64,000 nucleotides of DNA from Psilocybe cubensis. Taxonomy: Eukaryota. Position numbers and translations under genes: made by a program. Below, piece after piece: positions 1-12,167 of the stretch; position 1 is the stretch's first letter, and every line of letters begins with the position of its first letter. The stretch spans positions 4,092,001-4,156,000 of the forward strand of contig CM038999.1 of the NCBI GenBank assembly GCA_017499595.2, in the 5' to 3' direction. The notes below the pieces were generated by a model. The model was not told the DNA's origin and did no database searches. It worked only from the letters and a program-made list of their open reading frames with translations.

Positions 1-3000
1 TCAGGTGGGCCATATAACGAGATCAAAGCATAGCCTTGGAATGTTGATTCAATCGGATCCTCGAATAAGAAGTAGTATTGCACTTCTCCAAAACGATATG
101 TGTTGTTATGAATAATCTATTAATCCAAGTCAAGACACATTGTATAATTTAATTATCAAAATATACCTTGACATTCCGTGTAATCCGGGTATTTGTTGCT
201 TGCTTTTTGTCTTCACAAAAAACACTGCGGGCAATTTGACTATTTCGAAGGCAAACACGTCCCCATTTACGCACAAACGAAATTCCAAGCTTGCTTTGAA
301 TCAAATGGCCCTCTGGAAGCTTCTCGGGTCGGCGCTGCCGAGGTGTTAAGAAGATATACCCATTTTCTAGGTCATAAGAATAGGCCGGAAGATGATTAAT
401 TCCAGTAGAATCTAGATCGGGACACATAGCCTTCAGTGCATTGATTTGAGAACGTCGAAGAGCAATCTGGCAAAGATTTCCATAAATGTTTGAGGGCTGT
501 CGGATATCCTGGCCCATATCTCCAATTGTTCTCTCCATCGTGAACTGTGAATAATATGCTCCCGGTCCTATGCGAATTGTTTCTTGTGCGCAATGCAAAA
601 GGGCATGAAGACATGGTCGGCAGAAATGTAAACGGTCCATGCGACGCTGATAGTAAAGGTTTTCATACTCTTCTACAAATTGGATAAAAAAAGAGTATGC
701 TTCTCGCAACTGGCTTGCTTTGATTTTACGTTGAATTATAATCCGAACACCATGGACTAGTTTGCAAAAGTTTCGCCAATATTTTCCTGGCAACAGTGGT
801 CGAAGCAAACCTGGTCCAAGACCATAGAGGAGAACAAAATATTCTGTAGCCTTGTAGCCACTAGAGATTTTTTCGGCAGGATTGCGTGGAGAACGATGAA
901 AAGAGGATGGGAAATACTTTGTTGCTGAAGCAACTGATTGACCGAATTGACTCCATGTGTTCCCAGTTAACACCGCCCAATCCCAAGTATTCTTGCTATC
1001 AGTTTTATCACAGGATAATTGCGCTCGCCACAAAGGAATAAGAAGCTCTCCAATGTTTAGAGAAAGAAGGTGCATCAAGTCGAGAGTAAAGCAGTCGGGA
1101 ACTGGAAGTGTAAATTGGGGATCAAGACCGCTAACAATTGTGGGTTTACTGATTCCTGTTGCCTTGCGATTATTTGTATATTCGGAAGGTCCAAGACCGG
1201 ATGCTACAACTCTAGCCACCTTTGCATTATAAGCTGCAACTGTTTGTCGTTGATTTGCAGTAATATTTCTAAAATCATAATCAGGATGGATGTTGTCTTC
1301 TTCCTGAGCTCCATTCGGACGAAGATGTGCAGCACAATAATGGCCAATTCCTGGTTTATGGCGTCCTTTCATAGCGCATCCTACTCGGCAGCCTTGGGCG
1401 CCATGATGGCCAACGGTTCCAACAAGATCCGCTAGTGCAAGACTATCTGCCAGTTCAAGAAGATTGATTATACGTGAAGAAACTGTTTGATTTTTTAAAC
1501 AGTCCCATACACGTATACCAGCACCATTATTCTCGCGTTGGATTGCCGAAAGATGGTGAAAGCTTTGAAAAAGAAATGAATCTAGATCTTTTGGCTTGTT
1601 TGGACCTGGAACAATAAGTGCTGGTAGAACATGTTTTTTTTTGTATCGTGTCGTGGGATCATAATCAGCAATAATCCAGATAGCAATCCAAGTATCGGAC
1701 TTCTTGTTTTTGTACAGCTGAGCACCGTCAAAGGAAAACATAACCGTAGTATCTGTTTCGGAAAGATGTAGATTTTCGTGAAGCTCCAGATAGTCACTGC
1801 CGCAGAAAATGTCGTCATAAACAGAGTCTACCGTTAGATCACCAAGAATCTCTTCTGTCTTTGTGTGTCTGTAGCGCATGGCTGTAGCACTGTCTTTAGA
1901 ACGCCGAAGTGCCTGTATCTGAGGACCTAGCGGAATAGTGCAAGCTTGTTTTCTAGATACCTTCTTTCCAGATGATGCCAAAACATCCGGCTCATATCGG
2001 CTTTCCCTGCAGACATAGCACAATTCAAGATCTGCAAATGGGCCGGTAAATGCATGGCAGGAATTTATACACATATCGTCCCGAATGACGACGACACCAC
2101 TAATGGCAGAAACCAGATCATTGACCTGTTTGTAAGTTAGGATGTTGATATTTGGGGAATGTCGTAGAAATGCATTGCGGACGGCAGAATATGTCCGCTG
2201 AGATGCATTTTCACAGGCCATGAACAGATCAACAGAGAGTCGGATATCAGGATCAGAAATATCAGGGGGTCCTTCTATGGGATTTCGAAGGCGATAGCGA
2301 GTAGCATCATCGAGTTTTGTATTATCTAAAGTTGCCTTTGATATCAGGTCAATCATCTGCTGCGACCTTTTGACATTGTCAACACTGCAGAGATTGATTG
2401 TCACGGCCTCGTGAAACTCTTCAGAAACCCCAGTGTGATAATCATGTCTGAGATCAGAATTTGATTCTGGGTCCGACTAATCAACAGAAGAATTGAGCAA
2501 GAGAGTTGCGACTTGAGAAATTAGGATGCCTTACAGCTTCGCTTGACGGTGCTATTTCGCTCATATTGTCACGTTCAGAAGAGCCTATCTGGCTTTCAAA
2601 GAAAATGTGCAACTCAGAATCAAGCAGTGCATCAGGAGCTTGAACGATGCCAGATTGATCTTGGGCACCCTGTAGACCCTCTGAGTCCGATGCAGAGGTG
2701 ACTGAACAAGTCTGATTCATAATATACATTGTCAACAATCCAACATGTTGAAAATTGAATATACAAAATGCACCTCAACGTCCTGAGGCTGGGAGCTTTG
2801 GACTCCCAATTGTGCATGAGGCTGAAGGTTTCTATTGGGCTCAGTGGACGCTGTATTCTTTGGGTTTATGTGCAAAAATTACATCAACCTACAAAATTAC
2901 ATGTTGTATATCAAACACATACGACAGGTGAATGTTCTCGAAGCCGTTTTGATGGCCTTTTCTCATCCAAACCATCCTCCGAGTCTTCCAAGCTGCTGCA

Positions 3001-3144
3001 AAGATCTTCTGTGCCATCTCCATATTCCATGACAGGTGTAGGAACCCATATGGGTCGTTCTCGGTGCCGGAGCAAGGTACGATAGCTCACTATAGCACCT
3101 TTACAGTCGATGCATGGACATGGTTTTGGTGGGTGAGCTGGCAT
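1..3144 (-). CDS. CACTA/En-Spm (Tnp2/Transposase_21-like) DDE transposase, multi-exon, 3' end runs off the window
   Basis: ORF 149..2404 has the motifs DMCINSCHAFTG..C..C..RY, IPLGPQIQAL, FDGAQLYKNKKSDTW, VPGPNKPKDLDSFL, DLMHL and SQFTMERTIG. A GT-AG intron at 117..166 continues into IIHNNTYRFGEVQYYF. A likely first exon starts at ATG 3144 (MPAHPPKPCPCIDC...RH). Upstream exon structure is approximate. Confidence 0.9.
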
Positions 3145-3496
3145 GCTGCCGAGACAATGCCCTGTTTGTTGTAGCTTTCTCAGTAGTTGATTGAACGCTC
3201 GCAATTAGCAAGGGTTCGTAAAGATTTCGATTAGCAACTACGATGCACTTGAAGTGGACGCGCGTCCTATTGTGGCTGTGATGTAACTGAGTCAGCAATA
3301 TTTTCATACAGCGCCGAGATTCCGCACAAATCTCAGCACCACTCAGATGCTGACTTTAAAACTCAGATTTGCGCAACTCTACGCATGTTTGAGTTTCACT
3401 GGGGTCAAGGCTTCGGTGGTATTTGACCGCCCATACCGGGGATGATGAGAGCCTTGCTGACTCATACTTTCGTCAGTGGATTTTTGCATGATTGGA

Positions 3497-5221
3497 CACT
3501 GCGGGCATTGGCTTAAATAACGACCGAGTTATTTGTTGAATAAATGTTGAACCTAGTATTTTAAGTTTTCAAAATATATTCAAAATATAACCCCTGGTTA
3601 AATGTTGAAAAAAAAATCAATATATATTCAACATATAACGAGGAACCGGATCATCATTTATTCAACATTTACTCAGCTGATTTAAGGTTGAATAATGCTT
3701 GAACACAAATATACTATACAGGGTATACTTTTTCTTACCAAAAGCAACAATGCCAGAAGTGTACTCGAAAAGGCAATTTGGAGTGAGCTGACGCGTACAT
3801 ATGGCACAAAGCCTTTTTATTATAATTTTATGTACATCTACATATCAAGCCAAACTTGTAGGACTGCAAACACATCGAGAAAAACGTACAGCCATAAAAT
3901 ATGTACGTTATCGTGCAGAGAGTGCCGTGCATAACAGGCAGTGAGCATACAAGGAAGCAATCATCTCTATACAGCCTTGGCTGTTCTTGGTATCGGAGCG
4001 CGTTTGCTGGCGGTGGCTGAGTGGACTGAGCGACACGCAGTACGGGGGGCGGTTGGGGTGGCAGATCAGAGAGCGGTGGCCAGCACGTATACATGGTTTC
4101 AGGGACGATGTACAACATCGTCTGTCTTTGTCGGTGGCCGAGAGTGAGGAGGTACACAAGGGAGGCGGAGTAAATAGCAGACGCTGCGCGTCGCCGTGTG
4201 CGTACACAAGGAGACGGTCGTTTCCTTGTGACCCCCGGGTGCCTCTAGATCTGTTGCGCATGCAGGGAGGGCGGCAATGGAAAACACGACGCGCAATGGC
4301 TTTCGTGTCGTTGTCAGCGAAAAGTGAGGGATGTAGTACTTGTATGAGTTGCAAGTCGTATATCCTTGTAGGTGGAGAGAGTATCAGCAGCGCGGATCCG
4401 GAGAAAGTGGCGCACATTCACTGTACTGCGTTGTTATGGCCGGATGAGGGCGGATGAGCAGCGGTGGAGGTGGGGAATGAAACAACATACTTGCATTAAC
4501 TCGTATTCATCGTCGCCGGCGTATACCTCATCATCGGGAAGTAGACCGCCGCCATCGACGATCGGTCGTGCCCGAGAATTTTCTCGTCGGAGAGAAAACC
4601 AAGCTCACACTCAAGGAGCTCATGAATGACATGCTGGGGAGTGGGAGAGACAGAGAGAGCAGAAGTACCCACCCAATGAAAGTGGCGCATATTCCCTGTG
4701 TGACGTTGTGGGCGGATGATCAGTGATGGAGGCGGTGATCATGAATGGAATGACATGCCGCAGAGTAGGAGAGATGATGTACTATGAGGGCGTGGCGCTC
4801 ACTCCCTCCTATGTTGTCGAGAGTGGTGAGCAGCGGTACCGGTCGCGACGGCAAATGGAACGAAGCAGATCTAAGCCGGCCTGAGTGCGGTTAACGTTGG
4901 GGGCGGTAAGTGGAGGAGGCGGTGTGAGTGGCGCATATACCCTTTGTATTGTTGTAGGAACTAACCTGGTCAATGCCTAAGGTTCAAATAAAAATAATCA
5001 GTGTTCATCAAATATTCAACATCTATTCAAGCTTAATTCAAGATATAACTATGGGAAAATTTACTTTTTTGTTCGGTGAGTATATCTTGAATCACAAACT
5101 GAGTATTTGTTGATTAATTTCAACATTTAACAACATGTGGTATATTTTGAGTAAATGTTGAAAATTTTCAACAAATATTCAACATATAATCATATCGTTA
5201 TTGAAGCCAATGCCCGCAGTG
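3497..5221. mobile_element. Non-autonomous CACTA-type element (CACTG termini, 3-bp TSD GGA)
   Basis: Left end cactgcgggcattggcttaaataacga; right end tcgttattgaagccaatgcccgcagtg (27-bp TIR, 1 mismatch). GGA at 3494-3496 and 5222-5224. AT-rich ttcaac/gttgaa subterminal repeats at both ends. No credible transposase ORF. Confidence 0.92.
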
Positions 5222-5364
5222 GGAATGATAAAATTCTGGTGACAAGTCATTCACTATTGAAAAAAAAACATAAAAAATCCACTTCTAGGTCTCCAATATT
5301 CATCGTTTCACTCTTTTTAATTACATTATTTGCAAATTAATTCAGCATTGCACTTAGTTGCTAC

Positions 5365-6875
5365 CACGTCGGGATATTCAGAATATGCAGTTCCCACGAA
5401 GTGGGTAATCGAACATTACAAAATATTTGAAATAAAATAAGGTTTTAAATGATGCAACACGCTATAAATACAAGAGAAATACATATGTTAACTAAGATTG
5501 TAGTTACATGGCAACATCCAAATCTTTAAAGAATGTTGTGATAAATTTTATACATAAAGTACATTTCAAGAATGACTTGTATATTAAATCTGAATCATCC
5601 TCTTTGAGACCAAGATATTTTATATCAAAGTTGTCCTTGAAAGGAACTTTGTATTTTAAATCCATTGTGACTTTTGAATGCCTCGTGAATGTCAAAAAAA
5701 ATTTAAAGTACAAAGGTCCTTTGTGGGCTCGCTTAGACATAGCATGTTTTGCACCATCTGTTGTTCATAGACATTTGAAATACAATACTCCCTTACATGC
5801 TGCCACATATATTGAGTTTGTTACTACTTACAAAGGTCCTTTATATTTTAAATATACAGGAACCTAATATCAGTACTTTGTATGTTATAACATATCTCAA
5901 AGTTGTTCCAATATATTCTGCGCCCGCTCATCGCCCATTGAGTGCCCAACAGTCGCCCACTATAACAGCCACTGCGTGCCCACCTACATCTGGCATTGAA
6001 CACCATTTTGCAGGCATCAATTCAACAAAGGTCCTTTATATTTTAAATATACAGGAACCTAATATCAGTACTTTGTATGTTATAACATATCTCAAAGTTG
6101 TTCCAATATATTCTGCGCCCGCTCATCGCCCATTGAGTGCCCAACAGTCGCCCACTATAACAGCCACTGCGTGCCCACCTACATCTGGCATTGAACACCA
6201 TTTTGCAGGCATCAATTCAGTAAACATGTTCAATGCCCGCAAAAGAGATCTAGGTGGGCACGCAGTGGCTGTTATAGTGGGCGACTGTTGGGCACTCAAT
6301 GGGCAATGAGCGGGCGCAGAATATATTGGAACAACATATTTGAGATATGTTATAACATACAAAGTACTGATATTAGGTTCCTGTATATTTAAAATATAAA
6401 GGACCTTTGTAAATAGTAACAAACTCAATATATGTGGCAGCATGTAAGGGAGTATTGTATTTCAAATGTCTATGAACAACAGATGGTGCAAAACATGCTA
6501 TGTCTAAGCGAGCCCACAAAGGACCTTTGTACTTTAAATTTTTTTTGACATTCACGAGGCATTCAAAAGTTACAATGGATTTGAAATACAAAGTTCCTTT
6601 CAAGGACAACTTTGATATAAAATATCTTGGTCTCAAAGAGGATGATTCAGATTTAATATACAAGTCATTCTTGAAATGTACTTTATGTATAAAATTTATC
6701 ACAACATTCTTTAAAGATTTGGATGTTGCCATGTAACTACAATCTTAGTTAACATATGTATTTCTTTTGTATTTAAAGCGTGTTGCATCATTTAAAACCT
6801 TATTATATTTCAAATATTTTGTAATGTTCGATTACCCACTTCGTGGAAACTGCATATTCTGAATATCCCGATGTG
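5365..6875. mobile_element. Foldback element with ~620-bp near-perfect inverted arms, CAC...GTG ends, 3-bp TSD TAC
   Basis: 5365..5986 is the reverse complement of ~6251..6875; the mirror ORFs 5508..5867(+) and 6373..6732(-) differ by one residue. TAC at 5362-5364 and 6876-6878. Confidence 0.9.
5830..6219 (+). repeat. Apparently exact 195-bp tandem duplication inside the foldback element
   Basis: acaaaggtcctttata...ggcatcaattca starts at 5830 and again at 6025. Confidence 0.9.
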
Positions 6876-7042
6876 TACATCAGACCGTAAGCGCCCGCGC
6901 GGAAAGAATCGCCGAGATCTCCGCCTGAAACTTGAATGTTAAATTTGTGTCACGTGACGTACTAAATCACGAGACCATCGATCGGCGATGACTAATCTGA
7001 TGTAGGTCAACGGAATTTCATTTTCTTATCCACGAGCTTTAT

Positions 7043-7180
7043 GACCCGTCGCTACGCGCCGTGGGGTTCGCTTCGCTCACCCACTTGCTTCGCTGACGGG
7101 CCAACAGCTCGCGGGGGCTGCGCCCCTCGACCCCCCCAGGGGCTTCGCCCCTGGACCCCGTCGGCGCTTCGCGCCTCCTC
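7043..7180. other. GC-rich cluster of short hairpins (ggggcttcgcccc, ggggctgcgcccc, gcgcttcgcgc, cgctacgcg)
   Basis: Several short stems with gcttcgc/gctacgc/gctgcgc loop cores within ~140 bp of otherwise AT-rich DNA. Confidence 0.6.
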
Positions 7181-7659
7181 ATTGATACATTATTTCAATT
7201 TAATCTTTTTATCCCTTTGTATTCTTTCCCTGTAGTACCATACACAACCCGTCAGATAGGACTTGTGGATTTTATAGATATTTTCACCAAATTTATAAAC
7301 CCAGTACCCATTGGAATAGTCGGAAACCATGTGTAGCACATTGGATAACCCATCAAGTTGAACCTTTCAGGAGGCATTCTGAGGTATATTTAATTGTCAA
7401 TATTTTATTTTGTACACAAATGTACTTGATAGCAAATCATATCAACTTAAAAAGGCATTACCAAAAATTTATTCTCTTGAACCCGTTCATCTCTGTGCTG
7501 TAGCATCTGGGAACCCATCAGGCTGAATCTTTCATGAGCACAGAAATGCCCTTAGAACACCCAAAAAAATGCTCACACTTTCATTTTGTACACGGATATA
7601 CATTGCAAATACATTGTATCTAAAACGAACGAACCCATTTACCTCAAATTGTGATCATT

Positions 7660-7882
7660 CACGCCGCGCTCACCTCCCGCATCTGACCACGCGTGGCGTG
7701 CGTATTTGTTTGGTTCAAACAAAAATACTGCACCTCCCGCATCTGACTCCGCACGGTATGCGCGTATTTTTTTGGTTGAAAGAAAAGTACTAATGCATTA
7801 AAACAAACAAATCCGTTCACCTCATTCACGCCGCGCGCACCTCGCATCTGACCACGCGCGGCGTGCGCGTATTTGTTTGGTT
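7660..7882. repeat. Three degenerate copies of a hairpin-forming unit (cacgccgcg...cgcatctgaccacgcg..ggcgtgcgtatttgtttggtt)
   Basis: Copies near 7660, 7730 and 7827. The first and third carry an internal inverted repeat cacgcc...ggcgtg. Confidence 0.7.
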
Positions 7883-8386
7883 GGCTGTCTTGCTTATGTA
7901 AAATTTAGGTAAGCAACGACACCACCCTCTCTTAATATATAGATTTTCTATCCTGAATCCCTTCGACTCGATCTCTTTGAATATCTGAGGAATCTCATTA
8001 ACTTGAGCACAAAAATTGGGTATATGACTACAGAAGGCTCTGTCATGCCATGGAAAAGCAAGGCTTAGAAAATACAAACCGTTGGTTTTCCTTTATCAAT
8101 CATTGACACGGCGTTTGAATCCCTTACTTCTCGCTTAGGCCAGCTCGGGTGACCTGTTGGATGGCTTTTCCAGTTCTCTTCCTTTCTCTTCCTCATTTCC
8201 TCTCAAGCTGTCCTGAAATACTTGTATTCCGTTCATTTCCCATTCAATTTGATTCACGAGGAGCCTTCCACCTGATCATACCACCTAAACAAGACGGAGG
8301 CCGATGATCTAGTTCACCTGGGGCCTTCATATTGCCTCGTCTACACCCACCACGCTTGAACGGCTCTCCTTTTATTGCCACATAAC

Positions 8387-9226
8387 ATGTTTCGAACTCA
8401 GCATACGCCTTGTCGTCTTGGTCTCCTTATTATTGGCATATACGTCGCGTTCAACAGTTTTGTTGAACGAGTTTCCGCGCAATCAGTGTCGATCAACGAC
8501 CTGCCACCATGTGCCCTTCCCTGTGCAGCGAAATCCGCATCAGATATCAAATGCTCTTTGTACGTGCCCGGCAGTTCCTTGCTCATGATGATATTCTCTG
8601 ACGTCTACCCAAGGAGTGACGTCGCTTGTTTATGTTCAGGACCATCTTTTAAAAACATGACTGTTCAGTGCTCGCGCAATGAATGTCGCATAGAAGATTG
8701 GGGACTCACAGATGCGATTCTACTTGAGTTATGCGGGTTTCGTAAGTTTTCTATACTCCTTTGTAGTGAGTAATGAATCAATACTAAAACAATCCACTGG
8801 CGAAAAGCTACACACGTCCCTCCACCATCAAACCCGCCTACAGTCTCGACTCCCAATGGCCTTCCAAGCCAACCTTCTTCATCTTCAACTACCTCTTCGC
8901 CGCCATCCTCCCCCTCCGCCTTGCCCTCTTCTTCTTCTTTACCACTTTCATCGTCCAATTTATCTTCATCATCGTCATCATCTGCATCAATCACGGCATC
9001 TGAATCGATATCCAACCAAGGGCGGACCTCCCTGCCGTCGACGACCATAAGTGGGCCCAGTACAACGGTTGTTTTTCAAACAGTCATCGTCCCGCCGACC
9101 TCATCACTCTCGTCAGATCAGGTAAATAACGGGACCAATGCGGGTACACATAATAAGGAGGCTAAACTCTGGATGATGGCTCTCGGGTTGGGCGGGATGC
9201 TTATAGGATTATCGACTACGCTATGA
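8387..9226 (+). CDS. CFEM-domain, Ser/Thr-rich, probably GPI-anchored cell-surface protein (2 introns)
   Basis: Signal peptide, then LPPCALPC...C.L/SDVACLC...QC...C....LC (8 Cys with CFEM spacing), a Ser/Pro-rich stalk and a hydrophobic C-terminus (LWMMALGLGGMLIGLSTTL*). Confidence 0.85.
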
Positions 9227-9428
9227 TTTGGGGTTTGTTCTTTTTTGTACCACAAGGTTGTATTTGATGAAATCCCATTAGGGCAACGCTTAGACTGAGA
9301 ACGTAGTAAGCGCTAGACTTTGACAGTATGTTGTACGAACAAAGCTGAAAAAGACCTTGTGATAAGGAAGATAAACAATAATATGTACATGCCCGTTATA
9401 GCTTTAATTACATCCCACATCCCCCTTC

Positions 9429-12167
9429 TCACTCGAACATATTGAATGGATATCCCAAAAGCGCGCACTGCTCCTCCTCCAGCCAGGCCGAGTTGAAGCT
9501 CGGGACATCCATGATCCTCAGATTTTTATCCCCCTTGTTGATTCCCCCATCCTTACCGATGGCCTCCCACTTGCCCCACTTCTGCAGTGCTTGGATGACG
9601 CTGGTGTGTCCACGAGCTTGGAGGAACCCTTCGTCGGGGTTAGGGTTCCCTGTTCGCGCAAAGCTCGCCCAAACATCGACGCTAACCTGGGAGAATAACA
9701 GATCCCCACCTGCGACTGGGTCGCGGAACGGTTTAAGATCTTGTCCGAGGGTGCCGAACATGTAGTAGAGCTCTCCCGAGTGACATCTAGATTCATTCAC
9801 GAAACACGTTAATGTTTGCGATTTTGTTCACGATGGTACTTAGTACACACCTGTAGTAAGGCAGGGATGGGTCGCCAGCAGGGAACTCTGCGGTTGCTGG
9901 GGGCTCGCATGTCCCCGGGATCGGCTCAAATCCTGCGTAACTCCTGTCGAATTGGTATCCGTAAACTGAGCGGTATACTTGGTTGCGCGCGGCGGCAATG
10001 AGTGTTGCTTGGTCGATGCACCGGAACTCGCCGTCTGTCCCGATACGGCTTGTTACGTTGAAGAGATTGTCGAGGGGGTTGGGTCCATTAGGTGAGGGGA
10101 ACAGTGGAGAGTTGACAGCTAGGTCTGTTACATTTTGAGCTAGTCTGTAGAGGCGAAGAAATTACGGGTGATTAGTATTCTCGAGGAACATTGCATCAAG
10201 GACACAGAGACGGTATAAACGACGTACCCGGCACCCAAAAGCGCGCTTGTAAGTGTCGTCGAATTGGTGGGGAACGATCCAATGAAGTCTGCACCGTCAT
10301 CGCGCATCCATCCAAATATAACATTAACATTTTTGTTTGCTTTAGCATGAGCAGGAGTAGTGAGGTGCGGAGAGCCTGTAAGCTGAAGGTGGTCCGATGT
10401 GATAAATTTGCCGTCAACAACAATATACCTAATCGATAATACATGCTATCAGCGGCATGAATAGAGCGAGCGATATTCAAAGTCCTACCGAGGAGCGGTC
10501 GGCGCGTTCAAAAGAGCGTTCACATCGGCCTGACGCAAGCACGACAACGTGTCCTGTGCAGAACTCTTACCAGAACATCCCACATTCTCCACAACAGCAG
10601 CGGCGAACTGATCAACTTGTTCTTGGATCGTTAGATATTCGGTGTAGGTGTGCGCGTATCCAAAGCCACCCAGGTTGCTCTGTGCGATTGCACCTTCATG
10701 CATTCACAGTTGTTAATTTGGCGTATACAAATCAAAATAGCTTGGTGAGCGACATACCGGAAAACAAACCGGCAGCAACAGGCGATGCGAGCAGCGCACG
10801 TACTGAACCTGCACCTGCTGACTGACCGTAGATGGTCACCCGTGATGGATCCCCACCAAATGCAGAGATGTGCTCCTGAACCCACTGAAGGGCGGTGATC
10901 TATACATGACGCATTAAGATGGACTGAGGATCGATAGCGGTGTTCTTTACCTGATCAGCAATTCCAAAGTTACCATTCGTCACTCCGTCATTCAATGCAA
11001 GGAAACCAAGCGTCCCCAAACTGGTCGTTACTACTGTGAGAAGGCCAAACGTTATGATCATATGAATAGGGGCGTACCGATACTGGATACTGACGACCAC
11101 TACATCCCCTCTGCTTACCATATTACCTCCGTCAAAGATCCCATCTGTAGCTTCACCCCCAGTAAATCCTCCACCGTGAATCCAGAACAACACCGGGCGC
11201 AAAGCGGTATTCTTTTTGGAAGGTGTGCTGGCAGGCAAAAAGGGCGTGTATACGTTCAAAAATAGACAATCTTCGCTCCCAGTTCCGCTTTGCGAGCACG
11301 CCGCGCCGTATTTCAGAGCAGAGATCGTTGCACCGGATTTTGGAGGGGTAAACAGCTTGGAGTAGGTAAACCTCTCAAAAGGATCTGCGAAAGGGATACC
11401 CAAGAATCTAAAAGACAGGTGGTCGCGTGTCCTGTGAATGGAAGAAGATTCAGTGGAACAGATAGTGTGGATATGAATGGGGATATGGATGGAGTGACAG
11501 TCCACGTACCCAATAAAATTCAAATTTCCAGATTTAACTGACACTTGGAATTGCTCGCTGAGATCCGTCGCGATGTTCCGCGTGTGAGGTGCACTCGACG
11601 AGCAGAACGCTGGCAGTTTTTCATCACACCCAACAGCCTCAATCCTAACCTGACCATTGACCAAAAAAACCGCAGCGCACCCACGGGGAGCCGTAGCAGG
11701 GCTCGGGGCGATCCAAAATTTCGTGTTCGAGTTGAGATTGAACTCGGAGCGTTGGAAGAAAATGTAATTAAGCATACTCTTCATATCGTCTGCGAAATGT
11801 ATCCCTTCGGTCTGTAGAAGACCTTCGTTGAGAACTTTGCATGCCGATGTGGCTGCTGCATTGGTTAAAGCTTTGTTGACGAGAACTGTGCCATTATGGT
11901 CAGCCTGATTTGGCCCTGGGGTAACAAGTACGTCAGAACAATCACATTTGGAGGAAGGAGACGGGCGAGGAAAATAGGATATCTGATGATGAACAAAAAC
12001 TCACAGTCGAGATCATTTTGAATAAGGAATGTCAAGTCAGAGCCAACGTCGCTTGCAGAAGGTATTCCTGTTGATGGCGTCGGGGTTTTGATATTGGTAG
12101 CTATCACATATTGTGCAAGAAGTAGCGACACCACTGGCAGCACCATTGGGAACCGGGCTCGTGTCAT
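9429..12167 (-). CDS. Secreted type-B carboxylesterase/cholinesterase-like alpha/beta hydrolase, multi-exon
   Basis: [57 protein letters not shown] (nucleophile elbow, ~10810-10860), [11 protein letters not shown]. Start is ATG 12167 or 12146. Confidence 0.92.

Noticed and set aside
3397-3478. Mini element CACTG...CAGTG
   Set aside because: No matching 3-bp TSD and only a weak internal inverted match.
5504-6736. Mirror-image ORFs of 78-170 aa
   Set aside because: By-products of the palindrome and the 195-bp duplication; AT-rich with no protein-like features.
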